Shown: piece by piece, positions 16,611-25,194 of the stretch
Layout of the letters: every line of letters starts with the position of its first letter
Numbering within the stretch: the stretch's first letter is position 1
Virus record (IMG/VR): IMGVR_UViG_3300036836_000002
Location: 1-43,960 of that record
Origin: a virus
Taxonomy: Duplodnaviria; Caudoviricetes
Direction: 5' to 3' (one strand)
Length of the DNA: 43,960 nucleotides
Translations under genes and position numbers: made by a program
The notes under the pieces: generated by a model
The model's database searches: none
Seen by the model: only the letters and a program-made list of their open reading frames with translations
What the model was told of the DNA's origin: nothing

Positions 16611-17152
16611 TATGCCCTCAGTGCCTTGAAAATGCGGATGGCTTCCTCTGCCTGATTCCGGGCGTCGTCGATAGCCGAATGCGCCACGCCATTCTTGCGC
16701 AGCGGCTCATGTGACGGCGGCGCCACATCTCGCAGCGTGCGCAGGCAGCGTGAATTCCAGAACATCCACGGCAGCGGCTGCTTCATCACCGCGTAGCAGT
16801 GCGTCAGGATGCCAATATCGAAGTCGCTGCCGCAGCCCCAAACGAGCAGGTCTTTCTTGCCCATCTTCTGCAGGTAGCCGGTTAACTGGATAAGCGCGCC
16901 GCCGAGCCCGTTCTCGGCGTTCTCAGCCTCGGCGAGCACCTTGCGCGCTTCCTCCGATTGCCGCGACCACCATTGCAGCGTCGAGACTTCCTCGAAAAGG
17001 CCGTTCTTCAAGCAGCTCTTGCGGTTGACGACGATGTAAAATTCCTGACCGAGCGTGCCGCTGTGGCGGTCGAAGGCGACGGCGCCGATCGAGAGCACAA
17101 CGCACCCCGGCCTAGTCCCAATCGTTTCCAAATCGATCATTACATCTTTCAT
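16610..17152 (-). CDS. 3'-5' exonuclease (DEDDh, DUF5051-like)
   Basis: 'VMIDLETIG..VLSIGAVAF', 'TLQWW..Q', 'VWG.GSDFD', 'RTLR', 'HSAIDDA.NQA'. Confidence 0.9.
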   Translation of the reverse strand: MKDVMIDLETIGTRPGCVVLSIGAVAFDRHSGTLGQEFYIVVNRKSCLKNGLFEEVSTLQWWSRQSEEARKVLAEAENAENGLGGALIQLTGYLQKMGKKDLLVWGCGSDFDIGILTHCYAVMKQPLPWMFWNSRCLRTLRDVAPPSHEPLRKNGVAHSAIDDARNQAEEAIRIFKALRA

Positions 17153-17670
17153 TTCACTAATCTTTCCGTGTCCCCAAACATCTCAAATGAACGCTTGTTG
17201 TATGCAGCTATCGCTTCGGCTTTCGTTTTAAAAAGCCCTATATGCTTTGGCTTGCGCTCGATTGATATTTGGGCGCACCACTTTTTCCTATCGGAACGCC
17301 AAAAAACGCCGCGAACGCCGGACTTGCTAATCCTGCTGGCCCGCCGCTTCCCAAGATTTTTTTCCTGGGAAGCTATTTGCAGATTTGAGATCCAGTCATT
17401 GCCAGGGGTTTTATCGATATGATCAATGCCCATTTCGGGCCATTCGCCGTGCACATATGCCCAGGCCGCGCGGTGACGGAGGACTTTCATCCGATCCATG
17501 CAAATCATTACGTAGCCTCCCTTTACGGTTGTCCCGGCAATTTTCCCGCGCCACCTCGCATTGTGGGATGGCATCAATTCCGGTCTGTCCCTCCAGGTGA
17601 ATACCCCTGTCTCTTGATCGTAGTTTAGGATCTGGCGAAGCCTATCTATCGGTATTTGGCGCAGACTCAT
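17149..17670 (-). CDS. HNH endonuclease with AP2-like DNA-binding domain
   Basis: 'LNYDQETGVFTW', 'HRAAWAYVHGEWP..IDHID..NDWISNL', 'SKSGVRGV..W.AQI..HIGLF.T..EA..AY'. Noticeably more AT-rich than its flanks. Confidence 0.9.
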   Translation of the reverse strand: MSLRQIPIDRLRQILNYDQETGVFTWRDRPELMPSHNARWRGKIAGTTVKGGYVMICMDRMKVLRHRAAWAYVHGEWPEMGIDHIDKTPGNDWISNLQIASQEKNLGKRRASRISKSGVRGVFWRSDRKKWCAQISIERKPKHIGLFKTKAEAIAAYNKRSFEMFGDTERLVK

Positions 17671-18611
17671 TTCCCCTTTCGTTCGTTCACGACTAGGCGG
17701 CGATGCGGCTTCACGTTCTGCACGCGCTGCCCCCCGGCAATCGTTGTCCAATGCACCTTGAAGTCCTGCGCCTCGGCCTTGCCGTGATTGCGCAGTTTAT
17801 CCATCAGCTTGCACCCAAGCGCCGTCTTGGCTTCCTCGAGCGTCTTGATTTGCGCCTGGGCGTCGCGATAGGCCCTGCAGGTCGCAACGAAGTCGCCGTC
17901 GCCATGAAGCGCCAGCACATGCCCGTCGCTTTCCGGGAACATCGCGGCGAGCGTGGCCCCGTCCTGGGCTGCCTTCAGCGATGGCTCCCGACCGTCGGCG
18001 ACCATCTGCCAGAACTTCGTCACCTGGGTTTCGATGGCATCGCCGATCTCGGGATCGTAGGCGAACTCGTATTCGAAGATTGGAAACTCTCGGCCATCGA
18101 GCACGAGCGGCACCAGGAGGGCTTTCTTTAGCCCGGTGACGAACATCTCCGCCTGGATTTGCAGCAGGTAATGGGCCGGCGGAGACGGCGTCCAATCGGC
18201 CTCCCAAACCTCGGGAATGACAGTCTTCGCCTGGATGAGGAAAGGCTGGTCGCCGGCCTCGTAGCGGGCGGGCGATGGCCAAGCAAAAAAGTCGGGCGTC
18301 GCACCCAATCTCAGGCTGGTGAGCTCGACATATTGCCTCGCCGGCAGGATGATCCATTCCGGATGCGCTTCCCTGAGCGCCTCGGCCACCGCCGGCTCCA
18401 GGATGCGGCCGCGCCGTAGCGCCGCGCTGTCGGCTTCGTCGACGGGCAGTTCGCCGCGCTTCTCGGCCCATAGCCGCAGCGCCGTCTTGTGCGGATCGGC
18501 ATGGAACAGCGCGCCGATATCCGAGGCGCCGACATTGCGCCGGCGCAATTGCAGCCAGTTTTCCCGGTCCGTGACATTGATCGTCACGCGGTCGTTGCGC
18601 GTCATGGGCAT
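17667..18611 (-). CDS. YqaJ/lambda-exonuclease family recombination exonuclease
   Basis: 'WLQLRRRNVGASD', 'LWAEK', 'RGRILEP', 'GATPD', 'IQAKT', 'HYLLQIQ'. Confidence 0.9.
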   Translation of the reverse strand: MPMTRNDRVTINVTDRENWLQLRRRNVGASDIGALFHADPHKTALRLWAEKRGELPVDEADSAALRRGRILEPAVAEALREAHPEWIILPARQYVELTSLRLGATPDFFAWPSPARYEAGDQPFLIQAKTVIPEVWEADWTPSPPAHYLLQIQAEMFVTGLKKALLVPLVLDGREFPIFEYEFAYDPEIGDAIETQVTKFWQMVADGREPSLKAAQDGATLAAMFPESDGHVLALHGDGDFVATCRAYRDAQAQIKTLEEAKTALGCKLMDKLRNHGKAEAQDFKVHWTTIAGGQRVQNVKPHRRLVVNERKGK

Positions 18612-18749
18612 GGTGCAGCCTGCCTTTGTGTGAGGGATTCGACCTGGCGCCGCGCTCAACATCCACGAAAAACGCGGCGCCAGGGACTGCCTACGGATCG
18701 CCCCCTTTTCGGCAAGGGCACTTAGCGGCGATCAACGCGGCAAATGCGG

Positions 18750-19418
18750 TCAGTGGTGCGGCGCTTGGACATTCGGCGGATTGGTCGCCGCCTCCCACGT
18801 CTTTATGGCGGCCCGCGCTTCTTCGCGTGTGTCGTGCTCATGCGGCGCATCGGCTATGATCGCCAGCGCCTGCAGCGCCTCATTGGCAGCATGCTGAAGC
18901 TGGCGATGCTCGGCGCTGCCACGCTTGTTCAGTTCCTGCTGCCTCGCCAGCTGCGCCCGCAAGCTCTCGAGCTCGGCCGACTCACGGAAAGCGCCGCGCA
19001 CGCCATAGCGCGCCAGGTTCTCATTGGACTTGAGCAGAAGCTCATGCAACAGCATGTTGAGCGCCTTCTCGCCCTCGACGGCGCGAAACGTGTTCAACGC
19101 CTCAACGGCCGCCTTCATGATGCCGTCCTCGAGCACCGGCGCCATCGGCGATGGATGCCCACCACCGGCGCCAGTAAGCCCACTGCCATTGCGTGACATG
19201 TCGTTCTCCACGAATGAAAATTCCCTCGGTTTCATGATCTGCGTAAACGGCCAAGCCAGGAAGCGGAGGAGACGCGCCGCCGCCCCCCAAGGCCGCACGG
19301 CGCGGAGCTCGTTCCCATTACATGACGCCCTCCCATCAGGCGCTGACGGCAACGAGACGCGCGTCAAAAAGGCCGGAAACTGCAGATCCTCATCGACGAC
19401 GCAATCACTCACCGACAT
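18750..19418 (-). CDS. Hypothetical protein, first gene of the leftward operon (second in-frame start at 19199)
   Basis: RBS-like sequences precede both ATG 19418 (AGGAAGG) and ATG 19199 (GGAG). Confidence 0.6.
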   Translation of the reverse strand: MSVSDCVVDEDLQFPAFLTRVSLPSAPDGRASCNGNELRAVRPWGAAARLLRFLAWPFTQIMKPREFSFVENDMSRNGSGLTGAGGGHPSPMAPVLEDGIMKAAVEALNTFRAVEGEKALNMLLHELLLKSNENLARYGVRGAFRESAELESLRAQLARQQELNKRGSAEHRQLQHAANEALQALAIIADAPHEHDTREEARAAIKTWEAATNPPNVQAPHH

Positions 19419-19447
19419 GCCCCGATTCCCTTCCTGCCTGTAATTCG

Positions 19448-19510
19448 ACCTCTAGCGCGATTGCTGGCGCCGTGTCAATGTCCGACATCGGCGTTATATC
19501 AAAGGAGGGG
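19448..19510. promoter_or_regulatory. Divergent early promoter region with palindromic operator candidate
   Basis: Leftward TTGACA-N17-CTAGAG, inverted repeat ATGTC-C-GACAT at 19478-19488, rightward TTATAT and AAGGAGG. Confidence 0.6.
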
Positions 19511-19517
19511 AACAAGC

Positions 19518-20360
19518 GTGACAAAACCCGCACGAGACTACGAGAAACTGCGCCCGGCGATCATGCGAGCCATCTCGCTCGGCTCGACGCCTGAGCGCAT
19601 CTGCGCCAAGCACATGCTGCACTGGCCGACGCTTATGCGTCGCCTGGCCAAATGGAAGGCCGAGGATAAGCCGGCGCCCGTGCCGATCCTGCTGCCCGAT
19701 GCCGATGAGGCGACGGCCTTCGTCGACCACCTACCACTCCCAATCAAGCAGGCTGCATCGATGGCAACAAAAGAACATGATCCCGATCGCAACGAGCGCA
19801 TCCGCCAGCTGCGCCGCGATGGTCTTACCCCAGCAAAAATCACGCGTCGCCTCGGCCTGTCGCGCAATATCGTGATAGGCGTGCTGAATCGCGCCGGCAT
19901 GCTGTGCGATGCCGAGGAAAAGGCTAAGGCCAATCGTGAAGGCGCAAAAGTCGCCGCTGCCGGCCGAAGGCGCAGGGCAACATCGCGAGGCGCCCCACCG
20001 CGCAGCGATGATCACGCCTGGAACTTCTCGGCCAACGCCCATCGGAATGCTGCCATTTTCGGCAAAGGCCACAAGGGCGAAGCAACCGGCCCGATCAACC
20101 TCGAAAAGCACTACGAGCCGATCCCGTCACACGCCGTGACAATCGAGCACGTGACGGGATGCAGATGGCCATTCGGAGATGTGCGCGGCGAGGGAATCGC
20201 CTACTGCAACAAGCCGCGATGCAGCGTAAAGGTGCACCATATGTCGATCCCGATCACGACAGCTTACTGCGTCGAGCATTGGGACATCAGGCGATGCAGC
20301 AAAAACACGCGCGTCATCGCTGACAACATGCAGCGCCTAAACGGCAGCGGCGCCTACTAA
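19518..20360 (+). CDS. gcrA: GcrA-like regulator with extra N-terminal HTH-like domain
   Basis: 'LRRDGLTPAKITRRLGLSRNIVIGVLNRAG' and 'CRWPFGD..YC..P...AYC.EH'. GTG start after AAGGAGG. Confidence 0.82.
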   Translation: MTKPARDYEKLRPAIMRAISLGSTPERICAKHMLHWPTLMRRLAKWKAEDKPAPVPILLPDADEATAFVDHLPLPIKQAASMATKEHDPDRNERIRQLRRDGLTPAKITRRLGLSRNIVIGVLNRAGMLCDAEEKAKANREGAKVAAAGRRRRATSRGAPPRSDDHAWNFSANAHRNAAIFGKGHKGEATGPINLEKHYEPIPSHAVTIEHVTGCRWPFGDVRGEGIAYCNKPRCSVKVHHMSIPITTAYCVEHWDIRRCSKNTRVIADNMQRLNGSGAY

Positions 20361-20542
20361 ATACGGCGTCTTGCCAAAGCTTGAGCAGAGGTGGCAGGCT
20401 TGTCGGCCTGCCTGAAACGACGAAACCGCCGGGCCGGGTAGCCGCAGCGGTTTCAAATCGGGCACATAGGGACTGCACATGAACCGCGCCAACTAACGGC
20501 GCAGCGAACCTTCACGCGTCGAAACATGAAAGGCGTTTACAC

Positions 20543-20827
20543 GTGACAACCATAGACATGTCGAGAAAGCGCGTCAATCGCAAGCTGTCTCCCATCTTCC
20601 GGACCCATCGATCCCTGTTGGATGATGCGATCATCCCGAGATGGATTCTCGACAGGCCATTGTCTCTCGAGCTTTTAGGGCTCATCGCGGGCCTGATGGC
20701 TTATCCAGATGCACGCGGACTGTCGATCGCGGATACAGCGAAATATTTCGAAATTGGCGAGATGGAAATGCGCCGCCTGATCGGTGAGGCCGCTGGCGTC
20801 GAATTGGATTTGGGGATTGCGATATGA
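20543..20827 (+). CDS. Small HTH-like hypothetical protein
   Basis: 'LSLELLGLIAGLMAYPD..LSIADTAK' resembles the winged-helix N-terminus of the next gene. ATGA-coupled. Confidence 0.55.
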   Translation: MTTIDMSRKRVNRKLSPIFRTHRSLLDDAIIPRWILDRPLSLELLGLIAGLMAYPDARGLSIADTAKYFEIGEMEMRRLIGEAAGVELDLGIAI

Positions 20828-21630
20828 GCAGCGAAGAGAACCAAACGATCTTCCGTGTCTATGAAGGATCATTCACCACCATATCAAACGTGGTGCTGCA
20901 CGATGATCGGCTTAGCTTCGATGCGGTCGGCCTACTCTGTCGCATCCTTAGCCTGCCTCGAGATTGGGACGTAGGAACGGCTCACCTACGAAAGAAATAT
21001 GCCATAGGGCGCGATAAGCTCTATCGCATGATCAAGGAGCTTCGAGAGTTCGGATATATGCGCCTGGTCAAACCCCGCGATGATGCGGGGCGATTAAAAA
21101 AGGCGGTTTATTACATGGCAGCAGACCCGCGTTCCCTCGATCACCTTGCTGTCGACATCGCCGAGGAAAAAGCTCCACATCCTGAAAAGCCGGACGTGGC
21201 CGCTCCATGTCCTGAAAAGCCGGGTCTGGAAAATGCGTCATGTCGAGAAAGCCGCACGCATACAAAGGAAACAGAATCTACAAAAGAAACAGATTCACAA
21301 AAGGCGCTGACGCGCAATTTCGATAAATCGATTAGGAAAGACGAAGGAGGCGGCGAGGAGGCGAGGTGGCGCCATCGCCTCGAGCTCTATCGCCAGAAAG
21401 GCGTATGGCCGCCAAACGGCTCCTGGGGCCCGCGTATGGGCCTCCCCGGTTGCCAGGTGCCTGAATACCTCGTGAAGCTATGGGACGAAACGCAAGGCGC
21501 GGCCTTCAAGCCTGAAAAGCCTGCGACGCGCAAAAAGCCAGCGCAGCACAGCCACGCCACGCCATCAGCATTTCGGCGCGTAGGCGACGCGCTGCCGCGC
21601 TATAACAGGCCTGGGACATCGCACGACTGA
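20824..21630 (+). CDS. Replication initiator (winged-helix, phage O-like)
   Basis: 'FTTISNVVLHDDRLSFDAVGLL..ILSLP.DW...GRDKLYRMIKELREFGY', plus internal DNA repeats. Confidence 0.8.
   Translation: MSSEENQTIFRVYEGSFTTISNVVLHDDRLSFDAVGLLCRILSLPRDWDVGTAHLRKKYAIGRDKLYRMIKELREFGYMRLVKPRDDAGRLKKAVYYMAADPRSLDHLAVDIAEEKAPHPEKPDVAAPCPEKPGLENASCRESRTHTKETESTKETDSQKALTRNFDKSIRKDEGGGEEARWRHRLELYRQKGVWPPNGSWGPRMGLPGCQVPEYLVKLWDETQGAAFKPEKPATRKKPAQHSHATPSAFRRVGDALPRYNRPGTSHD
21172..21304. repeat. Iteron-like repeats, putative replication origin
   Basis: GCTCCAYRTCCTGAAAAGCCGG twice at 30-bp period, a degenerate third copy, then A-rich TACAAARGAAACAGAWTC twice. Confidence 0.7.
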
Positions 21631-21857
21631 TGCCATACGATCAGGGCCGAACACGACAGCATCAGCGCTGGATTGCCAACCTGGCAAACATCGCTCGCGC
21701 ATTCCACGCCCTTGAGGCTGAGCGCGGGACCGATTTCGAGCACATCGCTAAAGACTGGGCCGAAAAGGCCTGCGCCAGGCTCGATCGATCGCGGCCGCCG
21801 GCTGACTGGCTGTGGGGCCTGGATTGGCCCTCAGAACACGCTCGGAGCACACCGTGA
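21630..21857 (+). CDS. Hypothetical protein
   Basis: TGATG-coupled upstream and GTGA-coupled downstream. Confidence 0.65.
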   Translation: MPYDQGRTRQHQRWIANLANIARAFHALEAERGTDFEHIAKDWAEKACARLDRSRPPADWLWGLDWPSEHARSTP

Positions 21858-22156
21858 GCTCGACGAAATGGCAGAAGGGCAAGTCAGGCAACCCTGGCGG
21901 CCGCCCCCGCGTGCCTGACGATCTGAAGAAATCCTGCCGGCGCCTCGCCCTGGTCGGCATGAAGCGGATTGAAGACATCCTGCGCGACAAGAACGCCGAT
22001 CGGCGCGAGGTCATCGCCGCGACCAAGCTCTGCATGGAATACGGCTACGGCAAGCCCGTGCAGCCCATCGGCGGGGACGTCGAGGGGGGCAACATCATCG
22101 TGCATGTGCTCACGCTGACCGATCCCGAGGAGGGCGCGCCAGGCGGGCAGGGATAG
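21854..22156 (+). CDS. terS: Terminase small subunit-like protein (DUF5681)
   Basis: 'KWQKGKSGNPGGRP', 'EYGYGKPVQ'. GTG start after GGAG. Confidence 0.75.
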   Translation: MSSTKWQKGKSGNPGGRPRVPDDLKKSCRRLALVGMKRIEDILRDKNADRREVIAATKLCMEYGYGKPVQPIGGDVEGGNIIVHVLTLTDPEEGAPGGQG

Positions 22157-22278
22157 GGGGCAGCGCGGCCGAAGCGAGGTGGGGCCTGTAGGGCGATGAG
22201 GGGCGACGCTTTCGCGGCTGTACGGGGCTCCACAAGTATACCACCTGGTTACTTGCGAATTTCGCTGCTGTTGCATTC

Positions 22279-22335
22279 TTGACACTTGCATGGCGGCCTG
22301 ACTCCCTCTAATTGTCGGACATCGGCAAGGGAGAC
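22279..22335 (+). promoter_or_regulatory. Promoter of the accessory operon with operator candidate
   Basis: TTGACA and TTGCAT -35 candidates, CTAATT, then TGTCGGACATCGGC and a GGGAG RBS. Confidence 0.5.
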
Positions 22336-22341
22336 ATCCAC

Positions 22342-22599
22342 ATGACCAAGTTCGACGGCTTCAACGCAATCACCATCTTCGACCACCACGGCGTCGCGAT
22401 CGTGCACCAGTACGACGTCCGCGGTCCGCAGCACGATGCGTTCTACGACATCGTGACGGCCGAGCTCGACGGCGAGGAGTGCACGTTCAACACGATCGAC
22501 GACGCGCGGCGCTGGATCGATGAGCGGCTCGACATTCCGGCCGAGAGCTACGAGGCCGCAAACGCCGAGCATCGCCTCGGCGGCCGTCAGCTGGTTTAG
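22342..22599 (+). CDS. Hypothetical protein
   Basis: ATG after GGGAG, GC3-rich codon usage. Confidence 0.7.
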   Translation: MTKFDGFNAITIFDHHGVAIVHQYDVRGPQHDAFYDIVTAELDGEECTFNTIDDARRWIDERLDIPAESYEAANAEHRLGGRQLV

Positions 22600-22610
22600 G
22601 GGAGGCGATA

Positions 22611-22964
22611 ATGCAGCGGTTCAAAGCAGAGCGTCGTCTGAAGTTCGATCGCGGACAGCGCATGGTCCTCGAGTACGGCTTCGTCAATTGTCACGGCAAG
22701 TTTTACGCGACCAACGCTAAAAAATTCATGTCTCCTAAGTTGCAGGCGCGCGTTTCGGCGATAGGCATGATTTTTCAGCGTCACATGTGGCGCGAATACG
22801 CGATGACTTTCAAGGGGCGCAAGACTTCAACTGGCATGGATCAGTCATGGGTTGAGAGTATTCTGCGGGAGACTTTCCCTGGATGCTTACGTCGCTGCCG
22901 CATGGCGCACGGGGCCAATTTCTATCTTTCCAGAAGCCGCGATTTCGGCTTCCGGCTTCCATAG
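22611..22964 (+). CDS. Hypothetical protein
   Basis: GGAGG RBS. Confidence 0.6.
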   Translation: MQRFKAERRLKFDRGQRMVLEYGFVNCHGKFYATNAKKFMSPKLQARVSAIGMIFQRHMWREYAMTFKGRKTSTGMDQSWVESILRETFPGCLRRCRMAHGANFYLSRSRDFGFRLP

Positions 22965-23039
22965 GGCGCCAAGACCGCGCTCGGGGCGCGCCGCCGCTAC
23001 CGGCCGCCCCTCTCAACTCACACACAAGGGATTTCACCA

Positions 23040-23135
23040 ATGACACAGCTTCTCGCCTTCCACAACGATCCTGCCATCAAGGCCAAGTATCTCGAGCGCG
23101 TCGAAGGCCACATGAAGGCAGCGCGCCGTGACTAA
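23040..23135 (+). pseudogene. 31-aa truncated remnant of a phage protein
   Basis: MTQLLAFHNDPAIKAKYLERVEGHMKAARRD* with AAGGGA RBS. Resembles the N-terminus of longer phage hypothetical proteins (recognised from memory). Confidence 0.45.
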
Positions 23136-23436
23136 CGATCCCAAAAGCTTCACGGCCCTGGGATACGTGTTCCTGCAGCAGGATGGCGGCTTCTATCGCT
23201 GCCATTCTCTCGGCCTCGAGATCTTCGGCCTGTATGGCGTCGCCGATCCGTTTCCATTCACCGTTCGCCGCGTCGAGGGCGAGCATCTGACCTGGGCGAC
23301 GCGTATGCAGTTCGGCAAGAATCTGGTCGTCCAGCGCTACCGCACGCGCACGGACGCGGCGATTTCCGGCATCCGCCGGCTATGCGGCATCACCAAAGCT
23401 CCAAAGGCGCAACGCGCAAAGGAAACTCACGCATGA
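23128..23436 (+). CDS. Hypothetical protein
   Basis: Part of a chain of overlapping genes. Confidence 0.6.
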   Translation: MTNDPKSFTALGYVFLQQDGGFYRCHSLGLEIFGLYGVADPFPFTVRRVEGEHLTWATRMQFGKNLVVQRYRTRTDAAISGIRRLCGITKAPKAQRAKETHA

Positions 23437-23771
23437 TCAGTTTTCATGGTCTCCTCGACGTCATTGCGGGCGACTTTTCCAAACTGAGCAAGCCTCGTAA
23501 TGGCTTTCAGTTGCGGCCGCCTCGCATCCACATCTCGCGCACGAAATACAGCGGCGAGCAGCTGCGCGAGATCAGGGCGCGGAAGGGCGTGGGGCGGCCG
23601 AAGGCCATCATGCTGGCGCGGCTTAAGCGACAAGGCATTGAGTTTCCGATATTCGGCCTGCAGCGCCTTCTTTCGCCGCTGTACTACATGGAGACGCCGG
23701 ATAACAGCTACACCAACTACGCCGAGTGGGAGCGCAAGCCCTGCCGCAAGCCCAGGGGAGTTGCAGCGTGA
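23433..23771 (+). CDS. Hypothetical basic protein
   Basis: ATGA overlap, AAGGA RBS. Confidence 0.6.
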   Translation: MISFHGLLDVIAGDFSKLSKPRNGFQLRPPRIHISRTKYSGEQLREIRARKGVGRPKAIMLARLKRQGIEFPIFGLQRLLSPLYYMETPDNSYTNYAEWERKPCRKPRGVAA

Positions 23772-24346
23772 GCGAGGAAAAGAAACACGGCCTCTACAAG
23801 GTGGTAACGCAGGCCGACAAGCTCGCGCGCATCGTCATGGATCAGCTGGCGAAGGACGGCTGCGGCAACCTCGAGAACATCCGGGATGCCATGCTGCCGG
23901 CGCTGACCAGCGCAGAGCTTGATCATCGCGAGGAGGTGCGCCTAGGTGACGGGAACCGGGTGATCAGCGAAGCCTCGCGGAAGGCTGCTGCCGACGCGGT
24001 GATGCAGCCAAATAGGATTTATGAGCGCCTTCGCGACAAAGGCGCCGTCGTCTTTGCTCCGGTTCCCGAGGCGCCCGAAATCGGGACATGGGAGAATGTG
24101 AGGACCGGCGTTCGCGTCTATTCTCGCACCTATCGCGGGGCGAAGTTCTGGACACGGCACGCCGATTGCTGGCTGATCAATGGGCCCTGCGATCGGGACA
24201 GGCTGGAAAGGCTGTTCAACGGCTACGTTGACGCGGCAAGGGCTGGGATGCCTCTGACTTTTTTCATCAATGAGGATTGGCACATCACGCCCAAGGGCGA
24301 GCTCATCACCGGCCTACAGGCGATGAAAGAGGACTTCGAGAGATGA
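23768..24346 (+). CDS. Hypothetical protein
   Basis: GTGA overlap, GGAG RBS. Confidence 0.65.
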   Translation: MSEEKKHGLYKVVTQADKLARIVMDQLAKDGCGNLENIRDAMLPALTSAELDHREEVRLGDGNRVISEASRKAAADAVMQPNRIYERLRDKGAVVFAPVPEAPEIGTWENVRTGVRVYSRTYRGAKFWTRHADCWLINGPCDRDRLERLFNGYVDAARAGMPLTFFINEDWHITPKGELITGLQAMKEDFER

Positions 24347-24585
24347 AGCGCATCTTCGGTGTCGCCAATGCAAAGCCGGTGCGCAAGTTTGACGAAGATA
24401 TCCGTGTCACTGTCATCGAAGCGCCAGACGGCGTCGTCATTTCCGTGCAGGGCTATCCGGCCCTGCTATCCTGGGAACAGGGGCGGCACATCGCGCAATC
24501 CATCCTGAAAATCTTGGGCGACCAGGATTGCCCAAGCTGCAAACAGCCGTGGAGCACATGCCCGTGCGAGCCGGCGGAATTATGA
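24343..24585 (+). CDS. Hypothetical protein with C-terminal CxxC-x6-CxC
   Basis: ATGA overlap, GAGGA RBS. Confidence 0.6.
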   Translation: MKRIFGVANAKPVRKFDEDIRVTVIEAPDGVVISVQGYPALLSWEQGRHIAQSILKILGDQDCPSCKQPWSTCPCEPAEL

Positions 24586-25142
24586 GGGAAGGCACCATGG
24601 AAGACGAACACGAGAACACGATCCGCATGCGCATGAGCGGTCTACCTGACGCCAAGCTCGACCAGATGTCGCGCGATGACAGCTTGCGCCAGGTAGAGCG
24701 GGATGTCGCATTGGGCATCCTTGCCAATCGGCGGACCTATGCATCGTCTCTGACTGTCGAGGCGGAGCAGGAGGCAAAGCGCAAGGCGATGCTGGCGCAG
24801 CAGGCGGCCGAGCGCGAGGCGGCCAGACGGCGCGAGGACACCGCCCAGCCCGTCGACATCGAGGTGACGAGAACGGAGAACGAACAGGCTGCGCGCATGT
24901 TCGCCGACATGCTGCAGGCCGCCGTCGATCCCAACCTGGTGCACGTCATGAGAACAGAAGCGATCGCCGGCAACAAGGTGCGCGACGGCTGGACGGTAAA
25001 CTATCACGACAGCGAAACAGAAGTCGGCTTGGTCGCCGTTTGGTGGGGGCGTGGCCACTTCAAGGCGTATATCGAGATCGTCGGGCATGTCGGGAGAACG
25101 GCCGAGGCAGCCGCGCTGCTCGGCAAGGTGTTCTCGAAATAG
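24582..25142 (+). CDS. Hypothetical protein
   Basis: ATGA overlap (or ATG 24597). Ends at a terminator hairpin. Confidence 0.65.
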   Translation: MREGTMEDEHENTIRMRMSGLPDAKLDQMSRDDSLRQVERDVALGILANRRTYASSLTVEAEQEAKRKAMLAQQAAEREAARRREDTAQPVDIEVTRTENEQAARMFADMLQAAVDPNLVHVMRTEAIAGNKVRDGWTVNYHDSETEVGLVAVWWGRGHFKAYIEIVGHVGRTAEAAALLGKVFSK

Positions 25143-25180
25143 CAAAACGGCCCGGTTCATCGCCGGGCCGTTCCATTTTG
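25143..25180. terminator. Probable bidirectional terminator
   Basis: AACGGCCCGG-N7-CCGGGCCGTT between convergent genes, with an A-run left and T-run right. Confidence 0.75.
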
Positions 25181-25194
25181 GGTGCTGATCGGCC

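Noticed and set aside
20380-20540. Riboswitch or ncRNA between gcrA and the replication genes
   Set aside because: Only short hairpins (GGCAGGC/GCCTGCC, GAAACCGC/GCGGTTTC) are visible, with no recognisable family.
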